Positions 18,937 through 27,925 are shown, counted from the first letter of the stretch. The stretch is DNA of 57,219 nucleotides from Alphaproteobacteria bacterium (GCA_016794285.1 JAEUKO010000002.1:1424-58642); one strand, 5' to 3'. The notes: generated from the letters alone by a model not told the origin. Made by a program: numbers and translations.

Positions 18937-20010
18937 ATGACGAATTCCAATCAACCTGTTATCTCCCGTATAGAAGTTTTGAGCGATGATGTAACCAAAT
19001 CTACGTCACCGCTTCTGGTTGAGAGGCACGTTTACAAACCATTCTTGTATCCTTGGTGCTACGAGGCTTGGTTAACCCAGCAAAGGATTCACTGGTTGCC
19101 GGAAGAAGTCCCTTTGGCCGAAGACGTCCGCGACTGGAAAAAGAATATTTCTCCTGCCGAAAAGAATTTGATGACACAAATTTTCCGTTTTTTCACGCAA
19201 GCGGATGTGGAAGTCAATAACTGTTACATGAAACATTATTCGCGGGTTTTCGGGCCAGTCGAAGTTCAGATGATGCTGGGTGCGTTTGCTAACATGGAAA
19301 CCGTTCATATCGCAGCGTATTCCCACTTGCTTGATACGGTCGGAATGCCTGAACTCGAATATCAGGCCTTCTTGAAGTACAAGGCCATGAAAGACAAATA
19401 CGACTATCTACAAACTGCGAGCATGAAGTCTCGCCACGACATTGCCAAAACCATGGCCATGTTCGGGGCTTTTACCGAAGGGGTTCAGCTTTTTGCGTCT
19501 TTTGCTATTCTGATGAACTTCCCTCGCTTTAACAAAATGAAAGGGATGGGCCAGATCATCACATGGTCCGTTCGTGATGAGACTTTGCACTGCCTATCAA
19601 TGATTCGTTTGTTCCGTACGTTCATTGAAGAAAACCCAGATGTTTGGACAGAAAAACTGCGGAGCGAAATCACCGAATGTTGTCGTGAGATTGTCAAAAT
19701 CGAAGACAATTTTATTGACTTGGCGTTTGAAATGGGTGGCGTTGAAGGGTTGGAACCTCAGGAAGTCAAAGACTATATCCGCTATATCTCTGACCGCCGC
19801 TTGCAACAGTTAGAATTAGAGCCAATTTTCGGCATTGATAAAAACCCTCTGCCGTGGATGGACATCATGCTGAATGGGGCGGAACACGCTAACTTTTTTG
19901 AGAACCGTGCAACCGAGTATTCAAAAGCCTCAACTCAAGGGACATGGGAAGATGTGTTCGGCGAGCAGGCCTTTAGCGGAACTTATGGCCAGAAAGCAGT
20001 CAATGGGTAA
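18937..20010 (+). CDS. nrdB: ribonucleoside-diphosphate reductase beta subunit
   Basis: 357 aa with ferritin-like di-iron ligand regions (FTQADVEVN, ANMETVHIAAYSH, FASF, RDETLH). Confidence 0.93.
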   Translation: MTNSNQPVISRIEVLSDDVTKSTSPLLVERHVYKPFLYPWCYEAWLTQQRIHWLPEEVPLAEDVRDWKKNISPAEKNLMTQIFRFFTQADVEVNNCYMKHYSRVFGPVEVQMMLGAFANMETVHIAAYSHLLDTVGMPELEYQAFLKYKAMKDKYDYLQTASMKSRHDIAKTMAMFGAFTEGVQLFASFAILMNFPRFNKMKGMGQIITWSVRDETLHCLSMIRLFRTFIEENPDVWTEKLRSEITECCREIVKIEDNFIDLAFEMGGVEGLEPQEVKDYIRYISDRRLQQLELEPIFGIDKNPLPWMDIMLNGAEHANFFENRATEYSKASTQGTWEDVFGEQAFSGTYGQKAVNG

Positions 20011-20043
20011 TTCTTTTTGCCGCACCAAGAGGTAGAAAAAATT

Positions 20044-20646
20044 ATGAGAGGCCGGATAGGATTCGGAAGAAATTTTCTTTTGTCCTTGGCGGTTGTTTTT
20101 GTCGGAACAGGGTTAGGGGGGATGCTTTATTCTTTAGGATCCCCCCTTTCTATCGTTTCTTTGGCAGAGAGTTACCATTTCTCGTTGATTGACCACGATG
20201 GAAAAATGCGAACCGAGAAAGACTTTTCGCAGCCCTATAAACTGGTTTATTTTGGCTTCACCTACTGTCCACTCATTTGTCCAACTGAGTTGCAAAAAAT
20301 GGCTGAGGCCTATCAAAAACTTACACCCAAACAACAATCTCTTATTCAACCCTTGTTTATTTCAGTAGATCCAGAACGAGATACCCCAGAAGCACTCAAG
20401 AACTATGTGGACTTATTTTTGCCAAACCTTGTTGGCTTAACCGGAAGCATAGAGCAGATCGAATCTGCCAAGAGAGCTTACAGTGCTTTTTCCCGTAAAG
20501 TTCCCGAAGGGGATAGCTATACAGTAGATCACTCATCTTTCATTTATCTAATTGGGCCAAAAGAAAAATTGTTGGCTCAATTCAAACCCAGCGATTCTTC
20601 ATCTGTTTTGGCAGAACGATTATCCGACCTTTTGCAGGAGCAGTAG
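20044..20646 (+). CDS. SCO1/SenC family copper chaperone (thioredoxin fold)
   Basis: N-terminal TM anchor, FGFTYCPLICP (CxxxC) motif and downstream H (TVDHSSFIYL). Confidence 0.88.
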   Translation: MRGRIGFGRNFLLSLAVVFVGTGLGGMLYSLGSPLSIVSLAESYHFSLIDHDGKMRTEKDFSQPYKLVYFGFTYCPLICPTELQKMAEAYQKLTPKQQSLIQPLFISVDPERDTPEALKNYVDLFLPNLVGLTGSIEQIESAKRAYSAFSRKVPEGDSYTVDHSSFIYLIGPKEKLLAQFKPSDSSSVLAERLSDLLQEQ

Positions 20647-20662
20647 AAACAAAAAACCCTAC

Positions 20663-21373
20663 CTAATAAATACCCTCAAAACTTGATGGGGGCGGGTTTT
20701 CTTCTGGTTTGGGAGCCTCACCTTGAGAGGGCGGAATAGGCGAACTATCGTCCGCAGGCATTTCATCCGTGGGCAAGTCAGATCGAGAGGGAAGTTCCTC
20801 TCTTATTGGTGGAGTCTCCAAAGGAATCTCTCCAGAGTCAGGTTGAGGCTCTGTCCGAGGAACGGTTTTTTGTTCTTCGGGAGATTGTGTTGGTTCTTGC
20901 ACCTGATCGGGTGACACGGGACCTTCTGGAACGATTGATGGATCTTGCGTAACCGTTTCCTCTGGTGGGGGGAGTTCCTCGGGATCTTTACCCAGACAGT
21001 CTAAAACCCACACATCGTAAATCGAATGGTTCATAGCCGACAAGGTTGGCGAAGACGAAAACATCCACCCAGAAAAAACCCAGTTTGACTCTCCCATAGA
21101 TTTATTGATCTGCCAGATTTGCAAAAAAGCGGCAGCTTCGTTTTTTTCAACCGGTGGGGGTTTCCGGCAAGACTGTATTTTGATGAAAATTTCACCAAAT
21201 TTTACGGTCGATCCAACCTTGGCATCAAAAGTCATAGTGCGGGCAGTGATTTTGTCCAAAGACCGCAACCGGACAACGGGGTAATCTTCGTAATCTAGAG
21301 CGAAAGCAGACGGAACCCAAACAAGAAAACTTGCTAGAAAACAAAAAACAATCTGGCAAAAAAATTTCCGCAC
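20663..21373 (-). CDS. DUF2155-like periplasmic protein with long acidic Pro-rich C-terminal tail
   Basis: Signal peptide, then VVRLRSLDKITARTMTFDAKVGSTVKFGEIFIKIQSCRK...SGWMFSSSP as in DUF2155. Sits next to mlaD and NDUFA12 as in other alphaproteobacteria. Confidence 0.7.
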   Translation of the reverse strand: MRKFFCQIVFCFLASFLVWVPSAFALDYEDYPVVRLRSLDKITARTMTFDAKVGSTVKFGEIFIKIQSCRKPPPVEKNEAAAFLQIWQINKSMGESNWVFSGWMFSSSPTLSAMNHSIYDVWVLDCLGKDPEELPPPEETVTQDPSIVPEGPVSPDQVQEPTQSPEEQKTVPRTEPQPDSGEIPLETPPIREELPSRSDLPTDEMPADDSSPIPPSQGEAPKPEENPPPSSFEGIY

Positions 21374-21379
21374 GACGAC

Positions 21380-21979
21380 TTAAGGGGACTCCGGCATAGA
21401 AATATGAGCCGGCGCGTTAGAAGAGGGGGCTTCACTTTGTGGAGGAATCGGAGCGTCCCCTTCTGAAAGGGGTTCTGAAACTTCTGGATCTGGTTTGACT
21501 GGAGGTTCCGGCGGACTGGCTTTTTCTCCTTTATCTCCGTCTTTCATGCTGAAAATAAATTTACCCAAGAGTTCCTCAAGATTTTGTGGAGCTTGAGTGA
21601 ACTGAATTTCTCCACCTGCCGGTATCGTTTCTTCTGCTCCCCCTGGTTCAATTGAGAGGTAACGTCCCCCCAGCAAACTCTGGCTGCTAATCATGGCTGC
21701 TGTATCTTCAGGAAGGCGAACGGCATTATCCAGCTCCATCGTAATGCGTGCAAGATAGGTCTTAGGGTCCAATTCAACCTTGGCAATCTGGCCAACCTTA
21801 ACGCCACTAATCATCACATCATCACCAGCTTTAAGGCCTCCGATGCCAGAAAAATTGGCTTTGATTTCATATCCCTCGACATCGGCAACATCAGCGGTTT
21901 GATAGCTGAACGCCAAAAAAACTCCTGCAACAAGAAGGACCAAAGCCCCGAGAACAGTTTCAACAACGCTGCGGTTCAT
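21380..21979 (-). CDS. mlaD: outer-membrane lipid asymmetry protein MlaD (MCE domain) with Pro-rich C-terminal tail
   Basis: MNRSVVETVLGALVLLVAGVFL anchor and MCE domain (GLKAGDDVMISGVKVGQI). ATG at 21979 is preceded by GGAG. Confidence 0.85.
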   Translation of the reverse strand: MNRSVVETVLGALVLLVAGVFLAFSYQTADVADVEGYEIKANFSGIGGLKAGDDVMISGVKVGQIAKVELDPKTYLARITMELDNAVRLPEDTAAMISSQSLLGGRYLSIEPGGAEETIPAGGEIQFTQAPQNLEELLGKFIFSMKDGDKGEKASPPEPPVKPDPEVSEPLSEGDAPIPPQSEAPSSNAPAHISMPESP

Positions 21980-21999
21980 AAAAAAGGCTCCATTTTTGG

Positions 22000-22407
22000 T
22001 TATCGGGGAGGGGTCCACGGTTCATAATCCCCCGTGGCTTTGGCACGGGACCCGCCAGAAAGCAGATGCCCGGGTGGGTGGTAAGCGCGACTAGTTCCAG
22101 TTAGGTTTTCCTGAGGAGGTAATTGCCAAGGTTGGCGGAAAGAAGGGGCCTCGTTCTCAGGAACACTGTTTGTCTGGTAATGTAACCAACCATGCCACTC
22201 AGGAGGAACGGAACTTGGCTCGGGGGCTCCTTTGTACAGAACCCAGCGTCTGGGGTGGTTGTATCCTGAACGGGGTTTGCGCTCATAGTAAACATTACCA
22301 AGCGAATCAGAGCCAATTTTCTTGGCTCCAGACAACAAAGTCAGCAACCGGATATGAACCGGAGACTGCGCTCCTAATAAGCAAAAAACCGAACTAAAAA
22401 ATCCCAT
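22000..22407 (-). CDS. NADH:ubiquinone oxidoreductase subunit NDUFA12-like protein
   Basis: GNVYYERKP....RRWVLY....EPSSVPPEWHGWLH signature. Confidence 0.85.
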   Translation of the reverse strand: MGFFSSVFCLLGAQSPVHIRLLTLLSGAKKIGSDSLGNVYYERKPRSGYNHPRRWVLYKGAPEPSSVPPEWHGWLHYQTNSVPENEAPSFRQPWQLPPQENLTGTSRAYHPPGHLLSGGSRAKATGDYEPWTPPR

Positions 22408-22503
22408 ATATCAAGTCCTTAATTCCCTTAAGAGTGATGGCCTAAAACGTTCTACAAATCAAGATGGAATAGGCTTTCTTCTCTTATGTTATCTTCAAAA
22501 CAC

Positions 22504-23382
22504 TTAGTCTTGAACTTGTTTACTCAAAAGGCTCCATGCCCCCAGAATTTCTAAAGCCCTTGCGTGTCCTAGTTGCTTCATAGGAACAGGCCGAACCTGC
22601 TTTGGGGGCCGAATTTGTGCCACGTCTTCGTGAGAAAGGGCGTAGTAAACTTGGGCCAGACCAACGCTTTCAATCAGGGCCTGACCAATGGCTGTCGGTT
22701 GGCCGCTGCAGAAAAGGCTGCACGTTTCAAGGTGGGATTGGTTGAGGGCTTCTGTGGCTTGCCGTATAGCCATGACCTCTGCATGGGCAATAGGATCACA
22801 GCGAGACGTCATTCCGCTTGCGCCTTCTCCTAATATACGGCCATTTTCATCGGCAACAACAGCTCCAAACGGCCCGCCTTTTCGTGTTTCAGCATTTCGT
22901 AAACCAAGTTCTAAGGCCCGATCCATCAATTCCTCTGGGGTGTAGCTATGATCTCTGCTCATAATGCTGACCACTATAGGGGAAGAAGGGGCTGTTTTTT
23001 TCTCTTCGGGACCTGCTTCGCGGAGAGTTCGCTTCACCGCTTCGCCCAAGCGTTTGGGGTCCACTGGTTTTTTCAAATATCTGGAAATTCCGTGACGCGT
23101 AATTTGCATGAGCAAATCGGACGTTTCCTCATCTGTTACCAAAATCATAGGGATTTTCTTGCCACTGTTGCGCAGGGTGCGCGCAAAATCAAATCCCCCA
23201 TGCGGATCCATGAAGTGGTCAATAATGGCAACAGACACCGAATGTTCTTTTACGACTTTCAAGGCACTACCGCCATCAATCGCTTGAATAACGCGATAGC
23301 CCGAGGCCAGCAAGGTGTTGGCCATTTGTTCTCGTGAAACTTGGTTATTATCCGCAATCAGGACCAGCGGCGAATCATCCAT
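22504..23382 (-). CDS. response-regulator receiver domain fused to guanine-deaminase-like (CDA-fold) domain lacking the PCxxC zinc ligands
   Basis: REC features: LIADNN, IID (Asp55), ILVTD, LKKP. The C-terminal half, GGPFGAVVADENGRILGEG....DPIAHAEVMAIR, aligns with GuaD-type deaminases, but CEPCPMC is replaced by SGQPTAIG (22684-22701). Confidence 0.7.
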   Translation of the reverse strand: MDDSPLVLIADNNQVSREQMANTLLASGYRVIQAIDGGSALKVVKEHSVSVAIIDHFMDPHGGFDFARTLRNSGKKIPMILVTDEETSDLLMQITRHGISRYLKKPVDPKRLGEAVKRTLREAGPEEKKTAPSSPIVVSIMSRDHSYTPEELMDRALELGLRNAETRKGGPFGAVVADENGRILGEGASGMTSRCDPIAHAEVMAIRQATEALNQSHLETCSLFCSGQPTAIGQALIESVGLAQVYYALSHEDVAQIRPPKQVRPVPMKQLGHARALEILGAWSLLSKQVQD

Positions 23383-23561
23383 GATATTGCCCTCGATTAG
23401 GGGCTAAGCCTATGCGAATTTCTGCCCAATAACAAGGGGAGCGGTAAGAAAGCAGCCTAAGACGACTAATCCTCAAAAATGGCGGTTCTGTAGGATGTTT
23501 TGCAAATATCCCCTTAAGAAAGGAATTGACTCTCGCGGCAACCTCCCCTAAACAATTTCTG

Positions 23562-23592
23562 GCCTTGAAAAACTCAAGGCTTTGGGTTTTTT
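23562..23592 (+). promoter_or_regulatory. terminator-like hairpin in the tuf leader
   Basis: GCCTTGA-AAAAC-TCAAGGC followed by TTTGGGTTTTTT, 33 nt upstream of the tuf ATG. A possible -35 TTGACT (23526) and -10 TAAACA (23549) lie just upstream. Confidence 0.35.
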
Positions 23593-23624
23593 AACGTCTT
23601 GAGACAACATAAGGTGCTATAAAA

Positions 23625-24818
23625 ATGGGCAAGGAAAAATTTGAGCGGAACAAGCCGCACTGTAACATTGGAACGATTGGTCACGTTGACCACGGGAAGA
23701 CGACGCTGACGGCTGCGATCACGAAAGTGTTGGCAGAGACGGGTGGTGGCGCGACCGCGATGAGCTATGACCAGATTGACAAATCACCAGAAGAGAAAGC
23801 GCGTGGGATTACGATTTCGACCTCACACGTTGAATATCAAACGGCTGCGCGTCACTATGCGCACGTTGATTGCCCTGGTCACGCAGACTATGTGAAGAAC
23901 ATGATTACCGGTGCGGCGCAAATGGATGGTGGGATTTTGGTGGTTTCGGCTGCTGATGGTCCTATGCCTCAAACCCGCGAACACATTCTGTTGGCGCGTC
24001 AGGTTGGGGTTCCTGCCTTGGTCGTGTTCATGAACAAAGTGGACATGGTCGATGATGCCGAGCTTCTTGAGCTGGTTGAGATGGAAATTCGTGATTTGTT
24101 GTCGAAATACGATTTTCCTGGCGACGATATTCCGATCATCAAAGGATCGGCATTGGCTGCGCTTGAAGGGAAGAACGACGAAATCGGGAAACAGAAAATT
24201 CTGGAACTGATGGCGGCGGTTGACAGCTACATTCCACAACCGGAACGTCCAAAGGACAAACCATTTTTGATGCCAGTTGAAGACGTGTTCTCGATCTCTG
24301 GTCGCGGTACCGTTGTCACGGGCCGTGTTGAGCAAGGGATTGTAAAAGTCGGTGAAGAGATTGAGATTGTTGGGATTCGTCCAACGATTAAGACGACGGT
24401 CACTGGCGTTGAAATGTTCCGCAAATTGTTGGATCGTGGAGAAGCTGGCGACAACATTGGGGCCCTTTTGCGCGGTACGAAACGTGAAGAAGTCGAACGC
24501 GGTCAAGTATTGGCGGCACCTGGTTCGATTACACCTCACACGGAATTCACGGCAGAAACCTATATTCTTTCGAAAGAAGAAGGTGGTCGTCATACACCAT
24601 TTTTTGGGAACTACCGTCCACAGTTTTACTTCCGGACAACGGACGTGACTGGGGAAGTTTCGTTGCCTGAAGGTGCGGAAATGGTGATGCCTGGTGACAA
24701 TGTTCAGTTGAAAGTAAAACTGATTGCGCCAATCGCGATGAACGAAGGTCTTCGTTTCGCTATCCGCGAAGGTGGCCGGACCGTCGGTGCTGGCGTCGTT
24801 GCTAAAATTATTAAGTAA
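23625..24818 (+). CDS. tuf: elongation factor Tu
   Basis: 397 aa with [15 protein letters not shown] and NKVD motifs; full-length canonical EF-Tu. Confidence 0.98.
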   Translation: MGKEKFERNKPHCNIGTIGHVDHGKTTLTAAITKVLAETGGGATAMSYDQIDKSPEEKARGITISTSHVEYQTAARHYAHVDCPGHADYVKNMITGAAQMDGGILVVSAADGPMPQTREHILLARQVGVPALVVFMNKVDMVDDAELLELVEMEIRDLLSKYDFPGDDIPIIKGSALAALEGKNDEIGKQKILELMAAVDSYIPQPERPKDKPFLMPVEDVFSISGRGTVVTGRVEQGIVKVGEEIEIVGIRPTIKTTVTGVEMFRKLLDRGEAGDNIGALLRGTKREEVERGQVLAAPGSITPHTEFTAETYILSKEEGGRHTPFFGNYRPQFYFRTTDVTGEVSLPEGAEMVMPGDNVQLKVKLIAPIAMNEGLRFAIREGGRTVGAGVVAKIIK

Positions 24819-24837
24819 GGGTTTTGTTCCATACTTT

Positions 24838-24869
24838 GAAAACCCCGCCTTCTGGCGGGGTTTTTTTTG
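24838..24869 (+). terminator. rho-independent terminator after tuf
   Basis: CCCCGCC-TTCT-GGCGGGG (24843-24860) followed by T8. Confidence 0.85.
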
Positions 24870-24925
24870 TGCCCAAAGATTCTACTGGAAAAACCGCAAG
24901 CAATATTATAGAAGTAAGGCCGTGT

Positions 24926-25001
24926 AGGGGTATAGCTCAGTTGGTAGAGCATCGGTCTCCAAAACCGAGGGTCGAGGGTTCAAGTCCTTCTGCCCCTGCC
25001 A
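24926..25001 (+). tRNA. tRNA-Trp (anticodon CCA)
   Basis: AGGGGTA..TGCCCCTGCCA acceptor stem, anticodon loop CTCCAAA, GGTTCAAGTCC T-arm. Position after tuf is as in many bacteria. Confidence 0.92.
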
Positions 25002-25137
25002 GTTTCCAAAACCATAAAGACTCGTCCTCAAACCACTTATGCTATGATTGGTTCGGTTAGCCTTGAGCGCGGCTTCGTCGGTGAGGCCTGTCCCGTTCAA
25101 CTGATACGCTATAGCTGATACTATAAACAGTGATAGA

Positions 25138-25273
25138 CTGCCGTCATCCCGTTGGCGTGCCCCGCAGGGACGCTGGCACAAACGGGATCCAGAATCTTGT
25201 GAGGCTTTTGCCTCACTCTTGCGCTGGATCCCCGATCTGCGGTCAGCTTTGCTTCCCTTGTCGGGGATGACAG
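25138..25273 (+). repeat. MITE-like three-hairpin palindromic repeat, copy A
   Basis: Terminal inverted repeats GTCATCCC / GGGGATGAC. Internal hairpins are ATCCCGTT..AACGGGAT, GTGAGGC-TTTT-GCCTCAC and ATCCCCGA..TCGGGGAT. About 80-85 percent identical by eye to the reverse complement of 33886..34017. Confidence 0.75.
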
Positions 25274-25389
25274 ACCCTCTCTATAATTCTATTATTAGCT
25301 ATATACCGTAGAAACAGATGTGTTCGTCAAGCAGTGCGTGCGTTGTGGGGTCACGGAATATGGCTGATGAATCTAAAATGCCAGAGGTT

Positions 25390-26472
25390 CTAGCTCGACT
25401 TGGTGGCTTGATTGGGGCGATTGAGCGGGTCAAATCCGTAATGGGACAGCCATCGCGTATCGGCCTCAAAGAAAGTCCGCAAATCTGGAATACCGTATTT
25501 GAGCATCAAAATTCTCTCAAGCCCCATGCCAAAGGCAAACCCTTGGTACTCATCGGGATCAAGACCACAATTGCGGATAACATTCGGATGTACCATACCG
25601 CATCCCAGAATTTCCAACCATGAATCCCCTGCGCCGATTTTAAGACCACCGTCTTTGCGCGAACAGCCAATGTCCATTTCTGCGCTGGGTTCGGTGAACG
25701 GAAAGAAGCTGGGACGGAAGCGAACGGGCAAATCATCTACCTCGAAATAGCTTCGCACAAAATCCATCAGGCATCCCTTCAGATGACCCATATGGGTCGA
25801 TTTATCAATGACCAGTCCCTCCATTTGATGAAAAACGGGTGTGTGAGTCATGTCGTAGTCGGAGCGGTACACTCGCCCCATGCAGATGATTTTAATAGGG
25901 GGTTTGTTTTTCAACATATGTCGAATTTGAACCGTTGAGGTGTGGGTACGCAGCAATTTGCGGCGAGCTTCCCCCTCTTTGCTTTCGTCATCGGGAAGAT
26001 AAAACGTGTCGTGCATTTCCCGCGCCGGATGGCCGATGGGGAAATTAAGCGCGGTAAAATTGTGGAAGTCATCCTCAATATCTGGACCTTCGGCCACGGT
26101 AAACCCCATATCGGCAAAGATCGAAACCAATTCGTCCATGCCTTGGGAAATTGGGTGAAGGCTTCCCCTCCGTTCGGGGCGTGGAGAGAGAGATATATCC
26201 ACACTCTCTCCAGCCATACGGGCATCCAGCTCCTGCTGTTTAAGAGCGATGGCCTGTGTTTCAATCAACTCTGAAATTTCGTCTTTCAGTAGGTTGAGTT
26301 GACTGCCGGCCTCCTTGCGATCATCGGGGGACATTGATCCTAGGGCTTTCATCAGGTCGGTAATACGGCCTTTTTTACCAAGCGCATTCACCCTGACATT
26401 TTCAAGGGCAGCCATATCAGGGGCTGTTTCAATCAGCAAGGCCAATTCTTTTTTGAGAGCAGATGTATCCAT
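25390..26472 (-). CDS. pheS: phenylalanine--tRNA ligase alpha subunit
   Basis: Class II aaRS motifs ([30 protein letters not shown]). ATG at 26472 follows AGAGGA; the longer ORF-track start would overlap the upstream gene. Confidence 0.95.
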   Translation of the reverse strand: MDTSALKKELALLIETAPDMAALENVRVNALGKKGRITDLMKALGSMSPDDRKEAGSQLNLLKDEISELIETQAIALKQQELDARMAGESVDISLSPRPERRGSLHPISQGMDELVSIFADMGFTVAEGPDIEDDFHNFTALNFPIGHPAREMHDTFYLPDDESKEGEARRKLLRTHTSTVQIRHMLKNKPPIKIICMGRVYRSDYDMTHTPVFHQMEGLVIDKSTHMGHLKGCLMDFVRSYFEVDDLPVRFRPSFFPFTEPSAEMDIGCSRKDGGLKIGAGDSWLEILGCGMVHPNVIRNCGLDPDEYQGFAFGMGLERILMLKYGIPDLRTFFEADTRWLSHYGFDPLNRPNQATKSS

Positions 26473-26491
26473 TTTTTCCTCTTTGTCTGCT

Positions 26492-27157
26492 TTATCTTTG
26501 CAGAATTTCTTTGATTTCTGCAAGTTCATCTACAACATGGTGGGTTGGGCTCTTGCGCAGCCTTTCGGCTGAAACACTTCCCCACGTGACCGAGAAACAC
26601 GTCAGGCCCAGTTCCTTCGCGACTTCTGGCTCTTCCATAGAATCCCCAACGATGAAGGCCTCTTCGGGTTTATAGCCAAACTCGTCCATGATTGCTTTCA
26701 ATCGTCCAGATTTTGTGGTGCGGGTATGGTCTTGTTTGTTAAAATCAACGTTTCCGCTGATATGCTTAAAATACTGGAAAACGTGCCGTTCGGAGATCTG
26801 AGCCTCTAACTCATATTGAGTATAATTGCTGAGAATCATAAGAACTATTCCTTCGTCTTGAAGCCAAGACAGCAAATCGGTTGTTCCTCGCCGCAGGGGG
26901 GAGGTTTTCGAGGCCTCCTCATAAGCATCTGTCCAAACTAAACCGTATTCCTGAAAATTGGCAAGGTAATCATCAACCGTGATTCCGTTACGGGAATATA
27001 GGTGGATGATGGGGAAATCCAAAGTGTCGAGGTAACGCTCTAGGCTAATGGATGGGACACCCGCTTGTGCCAATACGGCATTGGTGGCGATTAAGCAGGC
27101 CTCAGCATCATCAATCAACGTTCCATTCCAGTCAAAAACGGCCAGTTTATAACGCAT
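26492..27157 (-). CDS. HAD-superfamily hydrolase-like protein (motif I DWNGT)
   Basis: [11 protein letters not shown] motif I, ILSN motif II, and IVGDSMEE motif with upstream K. Confidence 0.7.
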   Translation of the reverse strand: MRYKLAVFDWNGTLIDDAEACLIATNAVLAQAGVPSISLERYLDTLDFPIIHLYSRNGITVDDYLANFQEYGLVWTDAYEEASKTSPLRRGTTDLLSWLQDEGIVLMILSNYTQYELEAQISERHVFQYFKHISGNVDFNKQDHTRTTKSGRLKAIMDEFGYKPEEAFIVGDSMEEPEVAKELGLTCFSVTWGSVSAERLRKSPTHHVVDELAEIKEILQR

Positions 27158-27444
27158 TATAAAATCTCTTTCAGAGCAGGGTGGTGCTTGATGGGATCAA
27201 ATTCAATGACTTCATATTTGGCAATACCCTCGATTGAGAAAGGATCCTGACTCAGCAAAATTTGAAGCTCGTCTTTACTTTGTCCCCCTCTCGCAATCAG
27301 AACGCCGCCTATCCGAGGGATTTGGGGACCAGAGGCGAGCAAAACATTTTTCTGATATAACTCATCAAGATAAGCGCGGTGGGGAACAACAACTCGTTCC
27401 ACGTCCTCAAGAGGTTTAAGATAGGTCAGTAAAATAACAAACAT
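27157..27444 (-). CDS. YciI-family protein
   Basis: 95 aa with the ...HRAYL......LLASGP.......GVLIA.......ELQILLSQDPF pattern. Its stop overlaps the next start by 1 nt (TAATG). Confidence 0.7.
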   Translation of the reverse strand: MFVILLTYLKPLEDVERVVVPHRAYLDELYQKNVLLASGPQIPRIGGVLIARGGQSKDELQILLSQDPFSIEGIAKYEVIEFDPIKHHPALKEIL

Positions 27445-27539
27445 GAGCTTTCTTCCGGTTTCGTCAGGTTGACAGTTATAAATTGCGCATAAAAAAAGCA
27501 GCCCCGCAAGGCTGCCTTTGAGAATTTATTGTGCCGTCT

Positions 27540-27902
27540 TTAAGCAGCAAGAGCTTTCTGAGCTTGGTCAAAAATTGCCTTGAATGCGGCCGCGTCATTC
27601 ACAGCCAATTCTGCCAGAACTTTACGGTCAACTTGGATACCTGCTTTAATAAGGCCGTTCATGAAGCGGGAATAGGGCAGGCCATGTTGGCGGGAAGCCG
27701 CATTGATCCGTTGAATCCACAAGCCACGAAAATCACGTTTCTTGTTGCGGCGGTCGCGGTAGGCGTATTGCAGAGCCTTTTCAACACGCTCAAGAGCAAT
27801 CCGGTAACAGTTCTTGGAACGACCACGATACCCTTTGGCCAGTTTCAGAATTTTAACGTGACGCGCATGGGCGCGAGGGGAACCTTTTTTAGCACGGGAC
27901 AT
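27540..27902 (-). CDS. rplT: 50S ribosomal protein L20
   Basis: [28 protein letters not shown]... is canonical L20; 120 aa. Confidence 0.97.
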   Translation of the reverse strand: MSRAKKGSPRAHARHVKILKLAKGYRGRSKNCYRIALERVEKALQYAYRDRRNKKRDFRGLWIQRINAASRQHGLPYSRFMNGLIKAGIQVDRKVLAELAVNDAAAFKAIFDQAQKALAA

Positions 27903-27925
27903 CTTTTTATCTCCTTTTCTTTTTG

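Noticed and set aside
23823-24593. 256-aa ORF on the minus strand inside tuf
   Set aside because: It is fully antisense to a canonical, full-length EF-Tu gene. Its composition (R/N/F-rich) is typical of antisense-frame artefacts.
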